Source of the DNA: an uncultured Rhodopirellula sp. | GTDB lineage: Bacteria > Planctomycetota > Planctomycetia > Pirellulales > Pirellulaceae | DNA length: 64,000 nucleotides | Assembly (NCBI GenBank): GCA_964007735.1 | Contig: CAXGAI010000001.1 | Location: 1-64,000, forward strand | Reading direction: 5' to 3' | Notes under the pieces: generated by a model | Told to the model about the DNA's origin: nothing | What the model saw: only the letters and a program-made list of their open reading frames with translations | Databases searched by the model: none | Part shown: piece after piece, positions 30,303 through 39,875 of the stretch | How positions within the stretch are numbered: the stretch's first letter is position 1 | How the letters are laid out: every line of letters starts with the position of its first letter | Position numbers and translations under genes: made by a program

Positions 30303-31055
30303 ATGTCTCAGATTGTTCAAATTACAGACCTCCATCTTGTTGCCGGTGACGGGCCGCTGTTGCTCGAACATGACACAAGAGCAGCCTTTCTTAAAATGAG
30401 AAAGTACTTGATGGAGCATCATGCCGATTGTGAGCGGCTGATCGTGACGGGTGATTTGGTGCATGACGAAAGGGAAGATGTCTACCAGGAACTTTTCGAG
30501 GCACTGTCTCCATGGCATGATCGCCTGCGGGTGATTCCGGGAAACCACGACACTCGAGCACCGATGCAAAAAGTTTTTTCTTCAATTATTCGAGAGGATC
30601 CGGAAAGTGTTTCGTTTCTGGACGAACTCAATGGATGGACTTTAATTGGTTTGGATACACTCATTGAAGGTTCCGTCGAAGGCGATTTGGCTGGTGAGCA
30701 ATGGGGATGGTTGCGAAGTACGGTATCGGCGTGTGCTGGTCCCGTTGCCATTTTCATGCATCATCCTCCCGTATTTGTGGGAAGTCAGTGGATTGATCAA
30801 TTGTCGCTAGCTTCACTGGGAATCTTCGCTAATCTGGTTGAAGATTTTGAGCAGATCAAACTTGTGATTTGCGGACATGTGCATCAGGAATTTTACACTC
30901 AGATTTTCCATGCGGATGTCTTTACGACTCCCAGCACTTGCGTGCAATTTAAACCAAATTCTCATGACTTTGCTGTCGACGCGATTGCCCCGGGTTTTCG
31001 CACTTTCAATCTCAAAGGCGACGGATCCTACGAAACGAAAGTCATTCGCCTTTAA
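30303..31055 (+). CDS. Metallophosphoesterase, CpdA/Icc-like phosphodiesterase
   Basis: DLH, GDL, GNHD, HHPP and GHVH motifs; C-terminal PSTC..F...PGFR. Confidence 0.88.
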   Translation: MSQIVQITDLHLVAGDGPLLLEHDTRAAFLKMRKYLMEHHADCERLIVTGDLVHDEREDVYQELFEALSPWHDRLRVIPGNHDTRAPMQKVFSSIIREDPESVSFLDELNGWTLIGLDTLIEGSVEGDLAGEQWGWLRSTVSACAGPVAIFMHHPPVFVGSQWIDQLSLASLGIFANLVEDFEQIKLVICGHVHQEFYTQIFHADVFTTPSTCVQFKPNSHDFAVDAIAPGFRTFNLKGDGSYETKVIRL

Positions 31056-31157
31056 AAAGGTGATGCTGGATGGAGTCCCACGTCAATGTTTTTGCGTTTA
31101 CAATGAACGCTCTGAGAAGTTTAATTCCCTTTGGTTAAGGCCTGCTAGGTTACTGCT

Positions 31158-32156
31158 ATGAAATTTACCACCACCTTATTGATTGGATTATTTTTTGCGT
31201 TGTCACAGATAGGCGAGGCGCAGGATACTCCTTCCGTTGTTGATTCAGAAGTAACATCTGTCAATGAATTAGTCTTTACCGAAGGTCCGGCGTATCATCG
31301 CGATGGCAGCGTTTTCTATACCGACATTCAAAATAATCGAATCCTGCGGCTTGCATCAGGAGCAGCGATTGCCGATACGTTTCTTCGGCCCAGCGGTCGT
31401 GCTAATGGGTTAATGTTTGACTCTAAAGGTTTCCTGGTAGCTTGTCAGGGGAACGAAAAAGGCGGGTTAGGTGGTCGTCGAATTGTTCGTATTGATCCGA
31501 TTAGCAAAGAGCAAACGATCATTGCGGACAAGTATCAAGGAGGCCGGTTTAACAGTCCTAACGATTTGTGTATCGACAAAGCTGGTCGTATCTATTTCAC
31601 GGATCCATACTATTCACCTGACCGCAGTATGCTGGAGCTTGATGGCGTTGAAGGTGTCTACCGAGTAAATTCCGATGGTACCGGGCTTGTGCGAGTGTTG
31701 GATAATAAGATTGTCGCTCGTCCTAACGGTATTGCGATCAGCCAGGATGAGAAAACACTTTACGTTGTGGATAATAACCCAGGTGTTCCTCAGCGAAAAC
31801 TCTGGTCATTTCGTCTTGACCCAGATGGACTCCCAACCGGCAAACCCAGGGAACTGCATGATTTCGGTGACGGTCGTGGCGGTGATGGCATGTGCATGGA
31901 TAGTAAGGGGAATCTATATGTTACAGCGGGAGCCAACCGAAAGTATCCAAATCAAAACCTCGACAACCCGGCAGGTGTTTATGTTTTTTCACCGGAGGGG
32001 AAACTTGAAGGGGTCATTCGAGTACCGGAGGATATGGTTACAAATTGTTGCTTTGGCGGTTCAGACATGAAGACATTGTTTATCACGGCCGGAAAAACGC
32101 TTTGGCAGGTCAGAACGAAAGTCGAAGGCTACGCGCTATGGCCGAAAGCAGAATAA
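31158..32156 (+). CDS. SMP-30/gluconolactonase/LRE family beta-propeller, secreted
   Basis: FTEGP; NSPND; PNGI; DGM..D..GNLY; TNCCFGG. Confidence 0.92.
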   Translation: MKFTTTLLIGLFFALSQIGEAQDTPSVVDSEVTSVNELVFTEGPAYHRDGSVFYTDIQNNRILRLASGAAIADTFLRPSGRANGLMFDSKGFLVACQGNEKGGLGGRRIVRIDPISKEQTIIADKYQGGRFNSPNDLCIDKAGRIYFTDPYYSPDRSMLELDGVEGVYRVNSDGTGLVRVLDNKIVARPNGIAISQDEKTLYVVDNNPGVPQRKLWSFRLDPDGLPTGKPRELHDFGDGRGGDGMCMDSKGNLYVTAGANRKYPNQNLDNPAGVYVFSPEGKLEGVIRVPEDMVTNCCFGGSDMKTLFITAGKTLWQVRTKVEGYALWPKAE

Positions 32157-32261
32157 GTTGTATCGTTCTGTAAACGTGCCCTCGAGCGGACAGCCAGAAA
32201 CAAGAGGTGCTTCATGGAGTTTCTATTTAGGTTTGTGCGTAGATTAGGCTAGAATAAAGGG

Positions 32262-34685
32262 ATGAGACGACCCCGCCTACTATTCGTCGCCAGTCTTCTA
32301 TTTACGCAGATTCTATTTGTATGCGCTCACGGTGCCGAGCATACTCGGATCGCGGTGACACCAGCCCAGGTTTCATTGGAAGGCAAAGACTCTTCCATGC
32401 AATTGCTGGTTACCGGTTACGATGCTGAAGATAACCCAACAGACTTAACTCATCTTGCCAAGTATAGTTTTTCACCAGGTTATATCAGCGTTTCTCGGTC
32501 AGGCGTTGTTCGCAGTCGAAAAGATGGTGACGGGACCGTCACCGTTGAATTTGACAAATTTACGGCGGTAGTTCCGGTAAAGACACGCCATACTCACGCC
32601 CGGCTAACACTTAATTTCGAAAACGATATCATTCCCATTCTGAGTCGATATCGCTGTAATACGTCGGGTTGCCATGGAAAAGCAGAGGGTCAGAACGGCT
32701 TCAAGTTGTCAGTGTTTGGCTTTGATCCGGTGGCGGATTATCAGGCGATTGCGATGGAAGGTCGCGGTCGTCGCGTGTTCCCAGGATCACCTCAGGCAAG
32801 TTTGCTGCTTCGAAAAATGAGCGGCGGAACTCCACACGGAGGAGGGATTCCGATCCCTCGCGAACGTCCCGAATATCGAACGATTCGGGATTGGATTGCT
32901 CAGGGATTACCAGTCGGATCCGATGAAGATGCCACGATTGTCTCTTTGGAGATGACGCCTCGGCAAAGAATATTCAAAATGGGCGAGACGCAGCAGTTGC
33001 GAGCGATGGCGACGCTTTCCGATGGTCGGCAGGTCGATGTTACGGAACTAACTCAATTTCAGACTAACTCTCCCAATCAAGCAGTGGTCGATGCGCTTGG
33101 CCATGTGACGGCCGGTCAGTCCCCGGGAACAGCGGCGGTGATGGCTACTTATATGGGCCGAGTCGACGTGCTACATGTTTTTGTTCCTCGTGAAGAAACA
33201 ATCAAGTCCTATCCGAGCTCGCAACAGTATAACTTTATTGACGATCACGTTCTTAACAATCTAAAGAAACTCAATATCCTTCCTTCGGGTGACTGTGATG
33301 ACGAGCAGTTCCTAAGACGTGTCTACATTGATACGATCGGAACGTTACCTACTGCGCAGGAAGCACGGGAGTTTTTGGCACGGAAAGACTTAAACAAACG
33401 CGAGCAGTTAATAGATCAACTTTTAGTACGGGACGAGTTTAGTACCTACTGGGCCTTGAAATGGTCTGATTTGTTACGAGTGGATCGACTGGCTTTGGGT
33501 CACGAAAACGCTTACCTCTATTACAACTGGATTCGCGAGAGCTTCCAACAAAACAAGCCACTGAACCAGTTCGCCAGAGAACTGCTTGTTGCCGAGGGGC
33601 CATTGCGTGAATCACCAGCAGGTTTGTTCTACAAGGCGGTGCCTTCGGCCAAGCGCGCGAGCACCTTGAGTCAGGTGTTTCTAGGGGTTCGTATCGAGTG
33701 TGCCGAGTGTCACCATCATCCTTATGACCGTTGGGGACAAAAAGACTATTTTGGGATGCAGGCATTTTTCACTCAGCTGCAATATAAACCATCCAAGGTG
33801 GGTGAAGTATTGCTTGCAAGTGGTAATCCTGTCACCAAGCACCCCCGCACTGGCGAGTCAGTGAACGCTTATGCATTGGGTACGGTAATGCCAGAGCAAT
33901 CTCCAGAAGGCGATCGGCGTTTGGTCCTGGCGGAGTGGATGACGGCAACAAATAACCCCTGGTTTGCCCGTAATGTCGCTAATCGTACTTGGGCTCATTT
34001 TATGGGTAGAGGTATTGTTGAGCCTGTCGATGATGTTCGGTTGACCAATCCACCAACGAACCCAGCCTTGCTGGAGGCGTTGTCACATCATTTCGTGGAA
34101 GCGGATTTTGATTTTCGGCAATTGGTAAAAACTATTTTGATGAGTGCAACCTACCAGCGATCGCCAGAGGTGAATCCGACGAACGAACGTGATGAACAGA
34201 ACTACTCCCGTTATCTTTTCAAACAACTGGAAGCTGAAGTGATGCTGGATGCAATTTCTCAGGTAACCGGTCGCCCTGAGAAATTTGAAGGGGTTCCGGC
34301 AGGTAGCCGTGCCATCGAGTTGTGGGACAGTTCGGTCCCTAATTATTTCCTGAAAGTGTTCGGTCGACCAGTTCGGGCGACCGCATGCGAATGTGAGCGT
34401 GTAAGCGAACCAACGATTAGTCAGGTGTTACACGTGCTTAATTCACCAGCCATCCAGAAAAAATTAAACCATCAGGATGGACGGATTAGGGCGATCGCCA
34501 CCAAAATTGCCGATAATAAGAAGGCAATCGAAGAAATCTATTTAATATGTTTTGCACGATATCCGAATGAGAATGAGCTGGAAGCTGCTGTCGGGCATTT
34601 AGAGAATTCAGACGACAGGCAACTCGCCTTAGAGGACGTAGCCTGGAGTGTTATGAATTCTCTGGAGTTCTTATTTAACCACTAA
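32262..34685 (+). CDS. Ig-like + DUF1549 + DUF1553 protein
   Basis: Ig repeats; CNTSGCHG; FLRRVYID; CAECHHHP; GRGIVEPVDD; CECER; EFLFNH C-terminus. Confidence 0.9.
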   Translation: MRRPRLLFVASLLFTQILFVCAHGAEHTRIAVTPAQVSLEGKDSSMQLLVTGYDAEDNPTDLTHLAKYSFSPGYISVSRSGVVRSRKDGDGTVTVEFDKFTAVVPVKTRHTHARLTLNFENDIIPILSRYRCNTSGCHGKAEGQNGFKLSVFGFDPVADYQAIAMEGRGRRVFPGSPQASLLLRKMSGGTPHGGGIPIPRERPEYRTIRDWIAQGLPVGSDEDATIVSLEMTPRQRIFKMGETQQLRAMATLSDGRQVDVTELTQFQTNSPNQAVVDALGHVTAGQSPGTAAVMATYMGRVDVLHVFVPREETIKSYPSSQQYNFIDDHVLNNLKKLNILPSGDCDDEQFLRRVYIDTIGTLPTAQEAREFLARKDLNKREQLIDQLLVRDEFSTYWALKWSDLLRVDRLALGHENAYLYYNWIRESFQQNKPLNQFARELLVAEGPLRESPAGLFYKAVPSAKRASTLSQVFLGVRIECAECHHHPYDRWGQKDYFGMQAFFTQLQYKPSKVGEVLLASGNPVTKHPRTGESVNAYALGTVMPEQSPEGDRRLVLAEWMTATNNPWFARNVANRTWAHFMGRGIVEPVDDVRLTNPPTNPALLEALSHHFVEADFDFRQLVKTILMSATYQRSPEVNPTNERDEQNYSRYLFKQLEAEVMLDAISQVTGRPEKFEGVPAGSRAIELWDSSVPNYFLKVFGRPVRATACECERVSEPTISQVLHVLNSPAIQKKLNHQDGRIRAIATKIADNKKAIEEIYLICFARYPNENELEAAVGHLENSDDRQLALEDVAWSVMNSLEFLFNH

Positions 34686-34698
34686 GAGGTTTACGAAG

Positions 34699-36036
34699 AT
34701 GACTCAACAACGATTTTGTGACGGGATTCGCAGACGAGACATGTTGCGTTTTGGCGCAGCGGGTGCGTTTGGAATGGGCTTAACTCTGCCGAGCCTTCTT
34801 GAGCATGAAGCTCGCTTAAAAGCTAATGGTGTCGATACGAAAGATACTTCTTTGATTATCGTGTTTTTACAGGGTGGTCTGTCTACGATTGACACATGGG
34901 ATATGAAACCCGATGCTCCATCTGAATTCCGCGGTGACTTCACACCTGTTTCAACCAATCTTCCAGGTATTCATATTAGTGAACACCTCCCTAAGCTGGC
35001 GAAAATACATGACAAGTTTTCACTTGTTCGTTCCTTTGGACATGCAAACAGTAACCATGGCCAGGCCGACCACTTCATGCTGACCGGTTATCCATCAGGT
35101 CCGGGCTTCAATGGTGGTCTTAAACCGAACAATCAAAAGCCATGTGTAGGCGCAGTTATTGGCAAAGAACTCGGACCTCGCGGCGGGGTGCCACCATACG
35201 TCTGTTTACCCCGGATGCACAATAGCGCCGGCTCCAGTTATCTTGGTTCCACCGCAACGCCATTTGTTGTTGGTGCAGACCCCAATGCACCGGACTTCAA
35301 GGTGCCCGACCTTGCACCACCAGTTGCTGTGGCTTCCCGTCGCCTGAATGACCGCCGTTCACTTTTAAAGACGATCAATCGATACGAACAGTCCGCTATT
35401 ACGCAGGCTAATCAGGGTGCACGGGCTATGCGCACCTATCAGGAAAAAGCCTTCGAACTGATGACATCCGAAGCGACCAAAGCAGCCTTTGATATTAATA
35501 GCGAACCGGATGTAGTCCGTGAAAAATATGGTCGTAATATGTTGGGCCAGTCGTGCCTAATGGCTCGCCGATTGATTGAAGCAGGCGTTCGTTGTGCTTT
35601 TGTAAACCATATTGACTGGGATACCCACTACAACAACTTTCATGTTCTTAAGAATGAATTATTGCCTAAACTTGATGCAGCCATGTCCTCATTGCTTGCA
35701 GATCTGGAAGATCGAGGAATGCTTGATTCCACCATGGTCCTTGTGACTGGTGAGTTTGGTCGTACACCCCGCATTAATAAAGATGCAGGAAGAGACCACT
35801 GGGGCCCAAGCTGTGCCATTGCACTGGCAGGTGGTGGAGTTCAGGGTGGCCGAGTGATTGGTGCCTCGAACGAACGGGCAGAACGGCCTGCAACCACACC
35901 GTTTGGGCCGGCAGACTTAATGGCGACGATTTACCATGGTATGGGTATCGATCCTGAACGGGAGTTTCTTACTCCTGAAGGTCGTCCCGTGCCAATTGTG
36001 CCTGGCACAGGACGTGTTATCTCTGAACTCTTCTAA
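34699..36036 (+). CDS. DUF1501 domain protein, Tat-exported (type B)
   Basis: FCDGIRRRDML; GGLSTIDTWDMKP; WDTH; GEFGRTPRIN; GRDHW; SD-like GAGGT upstream. Confidence 0.9.
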   Translation: MTQQRFCDGIRRRDMLRFGAAGAFGMGLTLPSLLEHEARLKANGVDTKDTSLIIVFLQGGLSTIDTWDMKPDAPSEFRGDFTPVSTNLPGIHISEHLPKLAKIHDKFSLVRSFGHANSNHGQADHFMLTGYPSGPGFNGGLKPNNQKPCVGAVIGKELGPRGGVPPYVCLPRMHNSAGSSYLGSTATPFVVGADPNAPDFKVPDLAPPVAVASRRLNDRRSLLKTINRYEQSAITQANQGARAMRTYQEKAFELMTSEATKAAFDINSEPDVVREKYGRNMLGQSCLMARRLIEAGVRCAFVNHIDWDTHYNNFHVLKNELLPKLDAAMSSLLADLEDRGMLDSTMVLVTGEFGRTPRINKDAGRDHWGPSCAIALAGGGVQGGRVIGASNERAERPATTPFGPADLMATIYHGMGIDPEREFLTPEGRPVPIVPGTGRVISELF

Positions 36037-36057
36037 TCTCAACGGGCGAAGATATCC

Positions 36058-38394
36058 ATGTGGCGTGTTCTAAAACAATGTCTCTGTTACGGGATTCCGA
36101 TTTTTCTAATGGTAAGTGGCCTCAAGGCCGAAGTACCAGGCGTTTCATATATCTATCCCGCCGGTGCTCAACGAGGATCGAAAATAGATGTTCAGATAGG
36201 AGGGTTCTATCTTTTCGATCGTGCTCCTCTTGAGTTTATGAGTACGTCGATCAAGGCCTCGCCAGATGTTCAGCGACTTCCCAATACGTTGTGGTTCGAA
36301 GGTCCACGTATTGCCATGCCCGCCTCTCAGGCGAAAGAGGACTATCCGGTTGATAATGGCGCGACGATTGAGGTCGATAAGGAAGCAGCACTAGGAATTC
36401 ATTATTGGCGAGTCTGGACGAGCCAGGGCATCGTACCGGCGCAGTCCTTTGTTGTGGGTGAATTGCCTGAGATTGTTGAAGAAGAAATTGATGGCACTCC
36501 GGTGCCGGTTGATGTTGAGCTTCCGTTGACGATCAATGGCCGGATCTTTCCGCGTGAAGATGTCGATGTATGGCAGTTCAAAGCTGAAGCAGGCAAGTCC
36601 TATACCGTGGAAGTAATGTCTTCAAGACTTGGGTACCCTTTGGACTCACATCTTCAGGTTGTTAGCGGAAATGGTGATTTAATTGCTCAAAATGTTGACC
36701 ATTTTGACAATGACTCCTTTCTCCGCTTTCAAGCGGATACCACAGGTCTTTATCAGGTGCGTATTCACGACAGCCAGTTTGGCGGTTTGCAAAATTATGT
36801 TTATCGTTTAACGATCACCGATGGCCAGATTGTCGATAGGGTTTTCCCTTTTGGCGGGCAGCGAGGTGCAATATTGAGCGTCAACTTGGAAGGCCAGGGC
36901 CTTAAGGCTGCCCCGTATCAAATACCGTTAACCAGCAAAACAGAACAGCAAGACGTTGAGTTGCCAGGCGGTGGACGGTTTGAGCTCCAGGTTAGTGATT
37001 ACCCGGAATATCTGGAAGCAGAGCTTAACAAAGAACCGCTCCCGGCGGTTGAATTGCCCGCGGTTTTCAATGGACAAATCACAGAAGCAGGCCAAAAAGA
37101 TGAATGGCTTCTCCAAGGTATAGCTGGACAAACGATTCAGTTTGATTTACAAGCGGCGGTGTTTGGCTCGGGACTCGATTCCGTTGTAGAGTTGCAAAAT
37201 GCAGAAGGCGAGACCTTAGCGGGTAATGATGATGTGGCTAAAGGCAACACGGACTCCTCTTTCTCATTTACCTTTAAGGAAGATGGCGATTATCGATTGG
37301 TTATAACAGAACGATTTGCTAGTCGTGGCGGACTAAATTTTGGCTATCGGCTGACGGCTGCAAGTCCGGCATCGACAAAATCATTTACGCTTTCCTTACC
37401 GGCAAGTGAATTAACCCTTGTACGGGAGCAGTCTGTCAAGTTGAAGGTGGCTGCGAAACGTTTTGGTGGAATGAGTGAAGAAATAAATCTTGAGTTTCAA
37501 GGTTTACCGGAAGGTGTAACGGTTGAAGGAAATGCAATAGCTCCAAATAAGAATGAAGCAGATGTCACACTGAAGTGTGACGACCAAGTTGCTATTTCAA
37601 CTTATGATCTTACGGTGGTTGGAAAAGCGATCCTCCACGGCGAAGAGGGTGAGCCAGAAACAGAAGTAGAGATTTCAGCGACGGCCATCTGGCAGGAATT
37701 TGATCAACTTAAGCTGGCCGTTGCGATTGCCACTCCCTTTAAACTATTTGGAACGTTTGATACGAACTATGCTCATCGGGGTTCGACCTTTGAAAAGATG
37801 CTGTATATCGAAAGGACCGGATATGATGGCCCAATTGAAATTACGATGGCAGACAAGCAAATTCGTCATTTACAGGGTGTCACGGGTGAGAAGATTATTG
37901 TCCCCGCCGGGGCTGAGCAATATAAATATGCCATTCAGTTAGCGCCCTGGATGCAACCTGGCCGAACAGCCCGCATGGTCGTCTGCGGCTCAGCAATCAT
38001 CACAGACCATGACGGAACAAAACATCGTGTAAGCCATTCGTCAGGTGCACAAAATGATCAGATCATATGCTTTATCTCGCCATCATTGTCGTCCGTTACC
38101 AGTGCCATTGCCTCAGTTCAATTTCAACCGGGAGGTAAGCAACCATTGCCATTTACGATTAATCGTGGCGTGCTTCAAGGTGATGTCACGGTTGAAATTG
38201 TGATGCCACACCACCTAAAAGGGGTGTCCGCGATACCAGTTTCCGTACCGGCCGGGCAGAATGATGGTCTGATTGAAATACAGTTTGCCGATACTGGAGA
38301 TATAGTGTTAAACGCTCCTATTATTCTGCGAGCGACCATTCGAAATTCCCAAGGGACGCATCTGGCCGAGGATAAGATAGATCTGGTGCGGTGA
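36058..38394 (+). CDS. PPC repeat protein
   Basis: YIYPAGAQRG; DVDVWQF...LDS; DEW...LDS repeats; same architecture class as 28174-30294. Confidence 0.8.
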   Translation: MWRVLKQCLCYGIPIFLMVSGLKAEVPGVSYIYPAGAQRGSKIDVQIGGFYLFDRAPLEFMSTSIKASPDVQRLPNTLWFEGPRIAMPASQAKEDYPVDNGATIEVDKEAALGIHYWRVWTSQGIVPAQSFVVGELPEIVEEEIDGTPVPVDVELPLTINGRIFPREDVDVWQFKAEAGKSYTVEVMSSRLGYPLDSHLQVVSGNGDLIAQNVDHFDNDSFLRFQADTTGLYQVRIHDSQFGGLQNYVYRLTITDGQIVDRVFPFGGQRGAILSVNLEGQGLKAAPYQIPLTSKTEQQDVELPGGGRFELQVSDYPEYLEAELNKEPLPAVELPAVFNGQITEAGQKDEWLLQGIAGQTIQFDLQAAVFGSGLDSVVELQNAEGETLAGNDDVAKGNTDSSFSFTFKEDGDYRLVITERFASRGGLNFGYRLTAASPASTKSFTLSLPASELTLVREQSVKLKVAAKRFGGMSEEINLEFQGLPEGVTVEGNAIAPNKNEADVTLKCDDQVAISTYDLTVVGKAILHGEEGEPETEVEISATAIWQEFDQLKLAVAIATPFKLFGTFDTNYAHRGSTFEKMLYIERTGYDGPIEITMADKQIRHLQGVTGEKIIVPAGAEQYKYAIQLAPWMQPGRTARMVVCGSAIITDHDGTKHRVSHSSGAQNDQIICFISPSLSSVTSAIASVQFQPGGKQPLPFTINRGVLQGDVTVEIVMPHHLKGVSAIPVSVPAGQNDGLIEIQFADTGDIVLNAPIILRATIRNSQGTHLAEDKIDLVR

Positions 38395-38473
38395 TTTGTA
38401 TTTCACAGGTTTTGTCTGTGAGGTATTATTGAGAAGAGAACATTAGTTATTAGGTTTTAGTGAAAAACGAACC

Positions 38474-39820
38474 ATGAGATATTCCAATTGCGAAGGTATT
38501 ACAAGACGCCATACTCTGAAGCTGGGCCTGGGGGGAATGTTTGGTGCTGGACTCAGTTTAACCGACTCACTTCGATTGAAAGCACAGGCTAAGGCAGTCG
38601 GTTCGGCGACCGGTACAGCCAAGCGTTGTATCCTGATTTGGATGGATGGTGGTCCTACGCACTTTGAAATGTTTGACCCGAAGCCCGATGCACCTGCAGA
38701 AATTCGCGGCGAATTTGGTACTTGTCAGACGGCTAATTCCGGCATTCATTATTCCGAGCATATGACGAAGCTTGCAGCGATTAGTGACAAGTTCGCAATG
38801 ATTCGGTCGATTAGGCATAATCAGGGAAATCACGGTGCTGGCAATCACTACATGATGACCGGCGCACCGCCTCGCATCCCCGTTGGTTGCGGAGCCTTTG
38901 TAAGTTTTCATCCGAGTATGGGAAGCGTGGCGAGCCATGAGCTTGGAACCAAGTCAGCTCTCCCAAACTACTTTTCACTGCCCCGAATGTCACGCAGTGG
39001 TGGCCCGAACTTCTTAGGGGCTAATCATGCACCTTTCGTTGTTGCGGACGACCCGAACGGTAGCAGTTTTCGTGTGCGTGATGTGGCTATCCCGGGCGGT
39101 TTAACGGACGGACAGTTCAAATCAAAATCAAACGTCCGAAGTATGCTTGATCGCATGAAGCGTTTCAACGATAAAGCGTCTGGTGATCCGGCGGTGGCGA
39201 TTGATGAGTATTATGAGCAAGGGATGAGCCTTGTTCTATCTCCGGATGCTCAACAGGCTTTTGATATTTCTCAAGAGACCGATGATATGCGTGACAAGTA
39301 CTACCGTGATTCATTTGGTCAGCGTTGCCTGTTAGCTCGCCGACTTGTTGAAGCCGGCGTCCCATTTGTAACCGTTTATGACGGTGGCTGGGATCATCAC
39401 AGCGATATCTTCGGTAGATGTAAAAAACGTCTTCCAAGTTGGGATCAAAGCGTTGCTGCACTCATCAATGATCTGGACGAACGCGGTATGCTGGAAGAGA
39501 CTTTGGTTTTGGCCTTGGGTGAATTTGGACGCACGCCAAAGATTTCAACCCTCTCCGGCCAGACCACTCCCGGTCGTGACCATTGGGCTAACGCCATGAG
39601 CGTTTTAATGGCTGGTGGCGGCACCCCTGGTGGCGTTGTCGTCGGAGCGACAGACCGTAAAGGATATTCCGCCATTGAAAATGTAAAGAGTCCGGAGAAT
39701 TTTGTTGCGACGGTTTACTCGAAACTTGGCATCGACCCGGGTAAAATTCTATATACCCCACAAGGTCGCCCAACCCACTTGGTAAGCGACCCAACTCCCA
39801 TGCAGGAGTTGATGGGCTAA
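38474..39820 (+). CDS. DUF1501 domain protein, Tat-exported (type B)
   Basis: NCEGITRRHTL; GGPTHFEMFDPKP; WDHH; GEFGRTP; GRDHW. Confidence 0.9.
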   Translation: MRYSNCEGITRRHTLKLGLGGMFGAGLSLTDSLRLKAQAKAVGSATGTAKRCILIWMDGGPTHFEMFDPKPDAPAEIRGEFGTCQTANSGIHYSEHMTKLAAISDKFAMIRSIRHNQGNHGAGNHYMMTGAPPRIPVGCGAFVSFHPSMGSVASHELGTKSALPNYFSLPRMSRSGGPNFLGANHAPFVVADDPNGSSFRVRDVAIPGGLTDGQFKSKSNVRSMLDRMKRFNDKASGDPAVAIDEYYEQGMSLVLSPDAQQAFDISQETDDMRDKYYRDSFGQRCLLARRLVEAGVPFVTVYDGGWDHHSDIFGRCKKRLPSWDQSVAALINDLDERGMLEETLVLALGEFGRTPKISTLSGQTTPGRDHWANAMSVLMAGGGTPGGVVVGATDRKGYSAIENVKSPENFVATVYSKLGIDPGKILYTPQGRPTHLVSDPTPMQELMG

Positions 39821-39875
39821 GAGCTGGTCGTTCTTTTTACGCTTGGCAAATTAATTCATTCCTTAGAGGTATGCT

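Noticed and set aside
28174..38394. Calling the PPC proteins subtilase-type proteases
   Set aside because: No S8 or other catalytic triad motifs are visible
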